This document shows positions 1-47,237 of a stretch of DNA of 64,000 nt, piece by piece. Source of the DNA: the human T2T-CHM13v2.0 reference genome, Homo sapiens. The number at the start of each line of letters is the position of its first letter. Position 1 is the stretch's first letter. The stretch lies in NCBI RefSeq assembly GCF_009914755.1, contig NC_060941.1; one strand, 5' to 3'. The notes beneath the pieces were generated by a model. That model did not search any database, was not told where the DNA came from, and saw only the letters and a list, made by a program, of their open reading frames with translations. Position numbers and translations under genes: made by a program.

Positions 1-151
1 TTAGGGAGGGCAGTCGGCTTTATTCAGTCTATTGACTTAGATGTTAAACTCACCCAAAATCACCCTCACAGAAACACCCAGAATACTGTTTGATCAACTG
101 TCAGGCCACCCCATAGCCCAGTGAAGTTGACACATAAAATTAACCATCACA
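1..151 (-). mobile_element. MLT2-type (ERVL) LTR, 5' end, cut by the window edge
   Basis: Reverse complement begins TGTGATGGTTAATTTTATGTGTCAACTT...ATTCTGGGTGTTTCTGTGAGGGTG, the characteristic MLT2 5' terminus. Confidence 0.75.
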
Positions 152-1480
<1,329 letters not shown>

Positions 1481-1485
1481 ACTTG

Positions 1486-13300
<11,815 letters not shown>

Positions 13301-13880
13301 AGGAGTCTCCCTGGCTGAAGTGAAGGTTTCCCAGGCTTTCTCATGAGAGAATGTCTTTTAAGTTTACAAAAGGAAAGGCTGAAATTAAATTCCCTGGTAT
13401 CTTTCCATTGGCTGAATTTCCCTGTAGCTGCCTCTTGCTGAAGCCTGGGGTCTCCCTGGCAGCTGGGCCCGGAGGAGGCAGGAAGTAAATAGCTGTTCTC
13501 TGAATGGGCTCTTCAGAGAAACGGGACGCCTCACTGTATTCACTGCGAGGAACACAGGACCTCAAAGCTCTGGGGCCCAACTGGGAACTACACAAGTGGT
13601 TTCTTTTCCAGAAAGCCCACTCATAAGACGCAGAGGCATCCAATTTCCCAGGAACCTATGGCACAGTGAGAGGCATGTCTTCGTCACCCAGAAGCTCAGG
13701 ACAATGTCATCACCCACAGAGGCATCGATGGGAGGGCTGAGCTCAGGAACCCACAAGAGGCTCAGGGTGCTGCCATGAGCTTAGATCCTAGACTTGAGTG
13801 GGCTGAAAGGTCACAAGGCTAAGATTTAGGGCTAACACAGAGGAGACAAGCCAACGCTGAGTCACTTTGAAGCTTGAAAT

Positions 13881-14405
<525 letters not shown>

Positions 14406-14427
14406 TTAGGTAAAAGCAAAATCTTAG

Positions 14428-19270
<4,843 letters not shown>

Positions 19271-20507
19271 TCTTCAGTTATTACAGCTATTCCCAACAAC
19301 AAAAAGTTTGGAATAGCCGTAATACTCATCTAGGATATTTCTATTATGTAGGAATTAGTATCTATACTTTTCTTATGCCAGCACTGAGCTGCCCCACCAA
19401 AAGGTCTTTCACTGACATAATAAAGAGGCAGGATTTGAATTCAGACAGATCTGGCTCTTAAATACCAGTCCACTTCACTGCACCATGCTACCTCCCACAA
19501 CTAGGATGGGAAAAGACATTTACGATTGTGAAAAGCCTGGAACGCACGAACTGATCAGTTTAAGAGGGTTCGATGCATACACCTCCCACACAGTGTTATG
19601 AAACTGTCCCAAATATTTAGGAAGAACTGAGCGTTCACAGACACTAGAATTAGCTTTCAAACTATGCCAACATGTCGTTTAACATGCAAGTGCTCAAAAT
19701 TAAATTGCACTTCTGCCCTCAAAAAACCCTAGTTGATAGCTTGGGTGTTTCTTATCATCTTTATTAGCTGGGGTTATGAAACTTAAATGGGTGATGTTGC
19801 TAAAACACTTTTCTCTAACACTTTCCCATGGGGAGTTAGAGGCAGGCTGCATGATTTGGCCGGGTTTTGTTCATCACAAATTAGGTCAACATCCCAATCC
19901 CAAAAGAAATCACCATTAGTGAAATGACATGTTTCAAGGGCTTTCCAAAATCAGTCCACCGGGTTTTGGCAAGCTCCAGCAAGGGTGGAGAGGGGTAAGG
20001 GGCAGCCAGGCCTTAATGGCCTTCTGAAGTTGGGTCCTGTATCTGACAAGGTTTCCAATGGCTCCTATGAACAAAACTGACTTTGCTCTTACTGCTTTTA
20101 TGCAATTAAAGAGGCCAAATGCTGAAATAAAAATCTCACTTAACAATGAGGATTTACAGTAATGAAAAAATTATCCCGAGTTTTTTCTTCAGTGATGATG
20201 CAGTGACAGAAAGATTGAGGATGAGAGGGGAAAAAATCAACATTAGGAAACAGAATGTTGATTTCCTTTGTCCTAAAAATGCAATATAGCAATGAAAGAA
20301 TCAATACTTTGTTAAATGTTTAACACTGATGTCCAATCTTTTAAAGTTACCCTTTTAAGATTATTTCAACAAGCAAAATAAGTCTTAGCAGTTTTTACTT
20401 TGATAATTGCCAAATGATATTAGGAATATTACCTTTCCTCCCTTGCTTACAACAAAAACAAATACAAAAATGAAAGTTATAGGTAAAGATATATAATTTA
20501 TCAAAGT

Positions 20508-20766
20508 GTTTTTTTGTTGTTGTTTTTTTTGTTTTTTTGAGACGGAGTCTTGCTCTTGTCACCCAGGCTGAAGTGCAGTGGCACAATCTCGGCTCAGTGC
20601 AACATCCAACTCCTGCCACCACGCCCAGTTAATTTTTTGTATTTTTAGTAGAGACAGGGTTTTGCCATATTGGGCAGGCTGGTCTTGAACTCCTGACCTC
20701 AGATGATCTGCCTGCCTCAGCCTCCCAAAGTGCTGGGATTACAAGCGTGAGCCACCGTGCCCAGCC
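20508..20766 (-). mobile_element. Alu with an internal deletion in the right monomer
   Basis: GCAACATCCAACTCCTGCCACCACG jumps over the usual GGGTTCAAGCGATTCTCCTGCCTCAGCC...GGGATTACAGG segment; TSD TATCAAAG on both sides. Confidence 0.85.
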
Positions 20767-20778
20767 TATCAAAGACTT

Positions 20779-21299
20779 TTTTTCCCCTATTTTTGTTTAA
20801 TTTATTTAAGACCACCTCCCTACAATTTCCAGAGAAAAAATACAAAACAAGAAACAGACTTGGTTTCAAATACATAACCAGGTGCTGGAGTTTAAAGCAT
20901 TACTGATAACATTGTTACAGAAGAATGGCAGCTTACTGCAGGACACTTCAGTATTCCTGAGGAATAAACATGATTTCTCTTGTCCTCCCACTGGGACGTT
21001 CTCAGGTGAAGTCACTGCTCCTGCTCTTTGACATATTTTCCATGTAGAAGATATGGAGCCTGGAAATCATGCTGACAGTTGGAGTAAGCCATTCCTAATC
21101 CCATGCCAGAACTGAAGGCTAATGGCCACATTCTTCTTTTAAAGAAGTGAGAAAACAATTCCTAATCCAAAACCAGTACCTGTCTTCACCACCGCATCTG
21201 CCAGGCACTGGTCCCACTTCCTGCTGAGCTCCAATTCCAACATGTTCCCCACCCATGCCTCTAGCTCTCCTCTCCGCCAGCCCCTGCACTCTTTAACAC
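20779..21299 (-). pseudogene. MICOS10P2: Processed pseudogene of MICOS10/MINOS1
   Basis: Intronless. ATG at 21243 gives [33 protein letters not shown], then a 5-nt deletion frameshift, then [43 protein letters not shown] (stop 21012-21014). 3'UTR with AATAAA at 20801-20806, A-tail remnant and TSD-like flanks. Confidence 0.92.
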
Positions 21300-21335
21300 T
21301 ACCAAAGTCTTAAATGACATTTCAAACTGCTAGAT

Positions 21336-21837
<502 letters not shown>

Positions 21838-22483
21838 CTAAAAATGTTGGTACATTAATAAATCACTAGCAGTTTAGACATTAACACTGCAAGAGGGAGA
21901 AGTTGGTGGCTACACAATGTTTTTATCGTGACTTTTACAAATCAAGCTGGTTATAAAGTCATTCTGTCATTCTCAAAGATATTAAGTTACCCACAGATAA
22001 ATTAAATAAAAATCTCCCAATGCCTCTACGGATCTAACCACTCCAAGGAAACTAGCATGTTAAGCATTTTATCTAAGATATGAAAAAAAAAACTTTTTTG
22101 GAAACCAGCTATCTCCTGTTCATTACCTCACTATTGAGTCATGCTTCCTTTAACAAATCCAGACCTTACGCTTTCTATCCTGTCTTTTACACTAGTCTTT
22201 CTGAAGCCATTAAAACTCTCCCATGTTAAAGCAAAAATCTAGGATGTCCAGGTTTACTTCCCCATCACCTTTTCTCAAGCTGAAGACTTTTGGATTCAGT
22301 ATCCAAGAAGGGACTCGAGTTGGGGAGAGGAAGAGAGGAGCAAGTAAGTAGGAAAGGAAGGGCAGTCTGTACTGTTAATGTCTCTTCCCCCTCCCCTTTA
22401 TGGGAGCCTTTGTACAGGAAAAGCTGAGAAAGTGATCCACGGTTCCAAACAAAATGCTCTATGCTTACGAGGACCACGTGTAA

Positions 22484-23009
<526 letters not shown>

Positions 23010-23424
23010 TCAATCTATATTGTACAAGAGCCCTTGGGAATTACATTTTTAAAAAAGACACAAGGTGGACCCTCATGCCCCTCATCAACGAAACAGAACT
23101 GGGTACATTCCCAGGTGAGGCCCACGTGCAGCCATGATTTTACCTTGGAATCCCATTCAGCCTTGAAGTTTGGGAGGAATGAATTCCACTTGTAGCTCCA
23201 GGAGAGATTTATGATTAAATTTACAGTGTTTAGCGCATCTCCCTGGCCAAGGAGACTTAAGGAGACACTGGCTGAGGGTTTCTGGAAAATTTTATTCATT
23301 CTTCTGTAAAAACTGCAGCCAGGACTACCTCTGGTTAATCCCATCAGTTTGGACGGGTTACCTTTCACTAGCAACATTAAAGACCCCAAATTAGAAAGCA
23401 ACACATAGGCATGGTGAAGTCAAG

Positions 23425-23815
<391 letters not shown>

Positions 23816-24142
23816 CTACCTGAAGTCTGTATTTAATCTCTAGGTCTTGATCTGCATATTACACCTTTAATCCTGTATGGTATTGTAGTATCTGACATAG
23901 GGGAGGGAGGGTCTCTGAAACTTTGCCAATTCATAAGTGCTAGCTACTACAGTAACAGAAACAGGCCGAGATTTTTTTTCTTCCCCAACCGTCACTTTTC
24001 AATAGGAAAAGACTGTATTAGGCCCAGAGCATGGTGGTGGGTTTGGCCTACTTCTCTATCACCTCCTACAATGACACCCGTTAACTTACCCTCAAGATAT
24101 TCTAAGATTCTCAAGGCTGTTCATTTGAAACTAATCTGGTGA

Positions 24143-25372
<1,230 letters not shown>

Positions 25373-25544
25373 AGATTTTATTACCATCAAGCCAAACATC
25401 AGAGGGGCAATAAGTACATTACGTCCTATGCACACTGATATTTTACTATATTTAACAAAGATATGAGGCTCATTTTTAAAAGTATGAGGGAAAAAAGGGC
25501 TCATGGCCTTGGCTTTACATTTTTCCAAGTTGTTATTAATATTA

Positions 25545-25709
<165 letters not shown>

Positions 25710-25883
25710 CTAAAAAAAAAAAAAAATCCAAGTTTACTGGCGTATACTCTGAATGTTTTAATGAAGAAAACATCGAAAATTTGAATATTGATATGTCAGG
25801 CAGAAATAAGCACCTTAACAGTTCCTTCATCAAGCCTATCATAGTTTTATGTCCATTCTATATTTTGTTGAAACTCAGTGTGA

Positions 25884-27447
<1,564 letters not shown>

Positions 27448-27696
27448 AAGTCATTCAAATTTAATGTCACCAAAATTCGGTATGAAATTGGGAAATTAAA
27501 TCAACCAAGTAAACAGGTGTGATGAGTCCACATAAGCGCCTGACTCCGATTCAGTTCGCACCATCCACTTGTCATCTCTTTTATATCTTTTATAATGCCT
27601 GCCACATTTTTAATCAAAGGGGTGGCCACATAAACAGGCTTTCTGATTCTGTGGCTTACTAGTGAGTAAACTTACAGCTGCCCTCCCCCAAGTCTA

Positions 27697-27920
<224 letters not shown>

Positions 27921-28160
27921 CAATTAAACATAAGGAAATGGTTTTATTTCAGAACAGTTGCACAAATAAGATTCCAAGAGTACTTTTTCACAAAAACGGT
28001 GACTGAAAGTACCAAGGTTCTATTGATACAACCTTAAGTAAAGGGGTTACTGGGTATTGTTCAGCAAAGGACTCCTAGTAGAACCCAAGATTCTTGCACA
28101 TGAAGAAGCTTATCAAGCACAGCTTTCTATAAATACTAAAAATGACTTGATTAAATCCTA

Positions 28161-28433
<273 letters not shown>

Positions 28434-28503
28434 TTACCTTATATTTTTCTCAGCACTTCAGAAATTCTGTACTCCAAAAGTTTTAACAAGAGGCCCAACA
28501 TGA

Positions 28504-31757
<3,254 letters not shown>

Positions 31758-31932
31758 CTAGAAATGCAGGGAAGTCTGAAGGAAGGTCAGAGTTAAAGGA
31801 AGATCCTAAATCAGCTTCAGTGGATTATGGAAGGCAGGAAAGAAGATAATTAGTAATTGCAAACAGAGAAAAAGATCTTCACAGATAGTTAAAACCATAA
31901 GACTAGAAATGTTAAGTTTACTTGAATTTCTA

Positions 31933-32157
<225 letters not shown>

Positions 32158-32282
32158 TCACCTACCACATCAGTTTTTGTTGCTAAGTGAGGACATTTTT
32201 AAAAAGATCCCTAAGTTTTCACCCCTTTCCAAATGTCTTCCCATTTAAATAACACCATAAGAAAGCAACAGAAGGTACTCAC

Positions 32283-32380
32283 TGTACTGTCCTTTCCCTT
32301 GTTCTTAGATCTGTGAAGATGGGCAGCTTGTGTATTAGCATTCTCATTGGTGGACATGGTTATGAGACAAAGGGAGAAAG
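32283..32380 (-). pseudogene. KPNA2P3: KPNA2P3 exon 2 (ATG at 32357)
   Basis: tttag|CTTTCTCCCTTTGTCTCATAACC ATG TCC ACC; MSTNENANTQAAHLHRSKNKGKDST|gtgagt. Confidence 0.95.
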
Positions 32381-32640
32381 CTAAAAGATGGGGGAAGAGA
32401 AAAATATTTCCTTTATCGTTTTCCTTTGTCAATAATAGTACCAAATAAGAACTGAATTATCAAGCATCTACTGAATCCACACCTGTGCACTAGAGGGATA
32501 TCATCATGTTTTCAGCACTATGGAATAGTTTTAGCCAACGGATAACTGTCCCCCTTCCATCTGAAGGGCTGAGACTTCCTAGAGCAGGGCTGTCCATCAG
32601 AAATAGAATGCAAGCTATATAAATTGAAACTTCCTAGTAG

Positions 32641-35514
<2,874 letters not shown>

Positions 35515-35667
35515 TCATTCATGTTTACAACTTATATAGGAAGAAACTGAGCCAAAAGTAAAGTCTTTAATATGGCCTCTTAAATACATTAACTTTCATG
35601 ATTAATAGGCTAGTATTTCAAAAGCGAGTCCAATATTCATCATTTACAAGGCTCAGAATTCACTTAC

Positions 35668-35799
35668 CTGGTATGTCCTAAAGATTCTCGCCATATTGGT
35701 AGCATCACAACTGGTTTAACTGCACACTCCAAAATGGCTAAAGCCAATGCAAATTCTCTGAGTTTGCTACACATCTGAACTGCCTTGATCCAGTTTGCC
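35668..35799 (-). pseudogene. BPTFP1: BPTFP1 second exon (132 nt)
   Basis: tacag|G GCA AAC TGG...CAT ACC AG|gtaagt; ANWIKAVQMCSKLREFALALAILECAVKPVVMLPIWRESLGHT, matching BPTF. Confidence 0.93.
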
Positions 35800-36106
35800 C
35801 TGTATTTCAGAAGAAATGAAAGAAATTATTTCACTAGGTTGATCTAAATTAAAAGCATAATAGTTGTAACTTTGGTCTCCATCTGATTCCAGGAATAAAG
35901 ATTCTGACTCCTAGGAATCCTCCAAATAGTTAGTGGTGTCAGTTCAGTAAGTTAGAAGTACACTCATGCCTCTAACGTCCTGTCTGCTGACCACATTGAC
36001 TTCATTCAACTCATTGGTAATGACGTTTTCAAGTGCACAACTACAACAATCATTTTATAAACATTTAGTATATTTACAGCAATAAATTAACCTTAGTTTC
36101 CTTTAC

Positions 36107-36462
36107 CTATGTGATGCCCGGTTGGGATGAAGAAAGGATGAAGGGATGTTGTTTTCTAATTGGGTGATAGTCAGTCTCAGAGTAGATATGGTAAGAACTT
36201 TGGACCCATGGACAGAACCGTTCCATTTGAACTCTCCTGCTGGAGTCAGACAGAACTTATGTGCAAGATGCCTTCTCTTATCATGGTCTTCTCTGTGCTG
36301 GTGCTTATTCAAAGCAAATGAATTAGTGGAGTATTGATTGTGGTAGACGCGATACTTCCCTTCTTGACCCAATTTAAGATAATTGTTGATACTTCCTTTC
36401 ATGACCACTTTCTTTTCGGTGCTCAACCGTGAAATTTCTCCTTGAGAGTTAACTACCAGTAC
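36107..36462 (-). pseudogene. BPTFP1: BPTFP1 first exon (356 nt)
   Basis: gtcag|GTA CTG GTA...TCA CAT AG|gtaaag; VLVVNSQGEISRLST...KLGQEGKYRVYHNQYSTNSFALNKHQHREDHDKRRHLAHKFCLTPAGEFKWNGSVHGSK..., matching BPTF. Confidence 0.93.
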
Positions 36463-37092
36463 CTGACCAAAAAAATAAAAAGACTGCATTATTTATGTCA
36501 GCCAAAGATGTAAATTGTATCCAATCAACTGTCTTTCAATAATTAAAATTAATCACTCAAAGTAAGTTAAGATAAATCTTATGATAGAACTTTTGAAGTC
36601 TAAAAGCTAAGTTAAAAGCTAAAGCTAATTGTTTACAATTACACAACCAAGATATGCCTGCAGAAAGAAAACTAACACATATTAAGTACCTATTACGTGT
36701 CAGATACTATTATTCACTGCTTTCATGTATTAATATTTCAAATATACACATGAAACCATACATATAAATTACTCACCTACCATTTTTTCAAGTTTATAAC
36801 AAGCTTTTCAAGTTTATACCTAAGGGAAAAAGAAGGGCATCACAGGTATTCTCCCCCCCAAAATATATTCCTAAAAACGCTCTTTTGGGTCCTTTTATCA
36901 TTCCAGCTATAGTGTAAGACCTCATGGATACTTCAAAATAGTATTTTCAAACAGTTGATCCCAACTCTTTAGTGACTATGAAATAAATAGTGGGTCTTAT
37001 TCAGCTTTTTAAAAAATAAAATGTAACGCAGCCAGGCACAGTGGCTCATGCCTGTAATCCCAGCACTTTGGGAGGCCAAGGCAGACAGATCA

Positions 37093-37386
<294 letters not shown>

Positions 37387-38028
37387 TCAGAAAGCTTTTG
37401 AATATGTATACTGGGCTGCTATGAAAAAATGTGTATTTGACTGAGGGTCAGAGTCAAAAAGAAGTATGAAAGCCACTACTTTTAAGCAATCGCTGTGATG
37501 TTAAGAACATCATTTATTCGTACATATTTACACTGCAAATAATTCTTGAATCTGGGAGACACAGTTGGGGCCACGTCCTGTCACCATGGCTAGCTGAAGG
37601 GCAGAGATACTGAGTCCTAGCTCTGATCCCATGATCTGATTCACGATCAGAGCTGGGACGCCATGCTGTCCTATCTACAGTGTTCTGCTATCAATGGGTA
37701 AGCCTCGTCCTTTAGCTGCAGGTTCACCCGGAGTGATCATAGCTAGAACTGAGCAGTGAATCATCGATAATTCTTTAATAAACCATAAAACCCAAAATAG
37801 CCTACTCATATGTGTAAAGAAGGCTTTAATTCTTTAGAATTGTATGTAGAATAAAACTGGTCATGTAGTAAGAAAGTGTATCAGCCATTTATAGCATTTA
37901 TATGCCTCGACTGAAATTTGGGTATGCAACTATGCTTAGAAAGCCTAATGTTTTTAATCTTGTTACCTACTACAGCTTTGGAAATAGAGAAAATACAATT
38001 CAAAAATAGGTCTACAAATTTCTACAGA

Positions 38029-38324
<296 letters not shown>

Positions 38325-38505
38325 TCACAAAAAAAAATAAAATAAAATAAAATAAAGTTTGTTCCCTGGATCCAGCATCCCCTTTTAACAACTAAATCCT
38401 TTTTCCCTTCCTCCTTTTCGAGCCAACTTCTCTGTCCCCTCACTTAGACAACCAGCTCACTGCTCAGAGGCCTTCCACCACTTCCTTGATGACAGACCTG
38501 GTCCT

Positions 38506-38949
38506 TGTTAAGCATGTCCGTGTGAAGAGACCACCAAACAGGCTTTGTGTGAGCAACAAGGCTGTTTATTTACATCCGGGTGCGGATGGGCTGAGTCCAA
38601 AAAGAGAGACAGCGAAGGGGGATAGAATAGGGGCAGCTTTACAGGACTTGGGTAGGCAGTGGAAAGGTACAAGTTAAAGGTGGTTATCTATTGATAGCAG
38701 GGGAGGGGTCACAAGGTGCTCAGTGGGGAGCTCCTGAGACTCACTGTCCAGGAGGAGATTGTCACAAGGTCAATTGATGAGTTGGGGCAGGGACAATGCA
38801 AGGAGCTGGCTGTTTTACTCCTTTTTGTGGGTTTTTTTTTTTTTTTTTTTTTGGCTGCTCCAGACTTTGTGGCTCCTGCAGGCCATTTGGATGTATACGG
38901 GCAGGTCACAGGGGTTACAAGGACCTTGCTCCGGCTTAGAGGCCTGACA
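38506..38949 (-). mobile_element. Solo HERV-H LTR (LTR7 family, probably LTR7C-like)
   Basis: Reverse complement: TGTCAGGCCTCTAAGCC...CCCCTGTGACCTGCCCGTATACATCCAAATGGCC...CTCCCCACTGAGCACCTTGTGACCCC...GGACTCAGCCC...AATAAACAGCCTTGTTGCTCACACAAAGCCTGTTTGGTGGTCTCTTCACACGGAC...AACA. Flanks GTCCT/ATCTT may be a decayed 5-bp TSD. Confidence 0.92.
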
Positions 38950-39549
38950 ATCTTCCTCTGGCCTGACTTCTGTCCAGTGTTTGCTCTTTAAAATCCTCTC
39001 CTTCTTGGGCTTTCTCGGGCCAGGCCTCCTGGTTTTCCTTCTTTTTCTCTGCTACTGCTCAGCAGTTGGGCCCCAGGCTCCATCTCCTCCGCCACGGCCT
39101 CATGCTTGGTGTCTCACCTGTCTTCTCACTCCACCGCCTTGGGAGAGCCCAGCCCCACTGGCTGTAGATCAACAACTCGCAGCACAGTCTCCAGGCTCAC
39201 ATAGCCCACTGCCATCTGGATGTCCTTTGTACATGTTGAAAGCTGTGTGCCCCAAATCAAATTTGTCCTCTCCCTCCTCCCTCCCCATTCTCAGCATCTG
39301 AGTGACATCTACTTCTGTCACCCAAGGTAGAATCATCCTTGCCTCCTGCTGGCTTTGCCTCATCTGTCACTGAGCCCTGTTGATCTCACCAGCCTAAACC
39401 TTGCAGACCTGCCTACCAGTTCTCACGTAACACCAGGGTTAGAAGAACATGAAAACACTGCTGCAAGGAAGCAAACAAACACCTTGCAGGCAGGCAATGA
39501 GTCAATGTCCAGGCAGAAGGAAAGGGCGGGGCTCTTCAAGGGAGATTGA

Positions 39550-45900
<6,351 letters not shown>

Positions 45901-47015
45901 CTTCCTCCTCCAGGAAGCACTCTTGGATTTCCCTCTTGCGAACAAGATTCTGGGAGGATGGCTCCTCCAACATGCCCCCCACAGCTCTTTGCAGATGCAT
46001 CATGTCATATCATATCATATCTGCCATACCATAACTACCATGCCATACCATATCATAATTGGATCTGCTGTTCAATTTCTCCTGGACAGTAAGCTACCTG
46101 AGGGCAGGAACCATCCTTTATTTTTCATTGCTCCCTAGTGCCCAGTACAGCAGCTGACATTCACTGACTAGGTGAATATGGTAAGTGAAAAAGCAGAAGG
46201 CACAATCGTCATTACGCTGTGATGTCTCTATGGGAACTGCCCAAGACATACACATAAGAAGGCAGAATAAATGGGAAGAAACCAACATGCTAACAGTCAT
46301 TTGATTGAGATTTCCTCCTATTATTCAAATATTTGTAATGGAGTTAAGCTATTTTTATAGGGAGGGAATAGTAATTTACACATTTAACTGGGCCAACGAG
46401 GAGAAAGGAAGGGGGAGGTTGGGAGGATTCTGCAGGCAGGCCCTTCTGCTACCTCTGCTTCCTCTCTCTGGCCCAGCCCCTAGACAGACACAAAGGCCTG
46501 GACGGGGGCCCCTGCCCCACTCCCTTCATGCCTCACAGGGGACCCCCAGCCAGGAGAAGGCAAGGAGGCAGGGTGGGCACCCACAGGGGCCTCAGTTGGA
46601 CAGAAGGGTCCTGCGGGGCTCACCTGGCAACAGCTCTGCAAGTTCCCTCAACACCAGAATCCTTCTGCAATCTGGAAACAGAGCTTCCCAAAATTTAGCA
46701 AGAGCACCTGTGCCCCTATGCCCCTGTGCCCCAGAGCCCTAGTCCTGGCAGCCCTATTTCCCCCTCAATATGAACAAACAGCCGCTGACCTCTCACTCCC
46801 CGGCACAGATCCAGCTCTGAATCTCCCTAACATTCAGGCATGGAGCCCCGACCGCATTTCTGGTCAGCAGCTACCCCCTGGTCACGATCATGGACTTTCC
46901 CATTCCCCAGGGCCTGGCACTGACCACCCATCCAGGCTGGCATTCAGAAGTACTGATGCCCACCCTTCCCTGTACTGGACATAGTCATCTCTAAGAAGGG
47001 CAGAGAAAATAGGTC

Positions 47016-47237
47016 CATGGGAGCTAAGCTATGAGGAGGCAAAGGCCTAAGAATGATATAATGGACTTTGGGGACTTGGGAGTGGGGGAAGGGTGGGAGG
47101 GGGGTGAGGGACAAGAGACTACACATTGGGTACAGTGCACACCACTCGGGTGATGGCTGCACCAAAATCTCAGAAATCGCCACTAAAGAACAAACACCAC
47201 GTGCTCCCCACAACTATTAAAATAAAATAAACATTAA
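47016..47237 (+). mobile_element. 5'-truncated L1PB-type 3' end with TSD
   Basis: GGGAGCTAAGCTATGAGGA...ATGGACTTTGGGGAC...TTGGGTACAGTG...CACCAAAATCTCAGAAATC plus A-tail; TSD AAAATAGGTC at 47006-47015 and 47238-47247. Confidence 0.85.
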
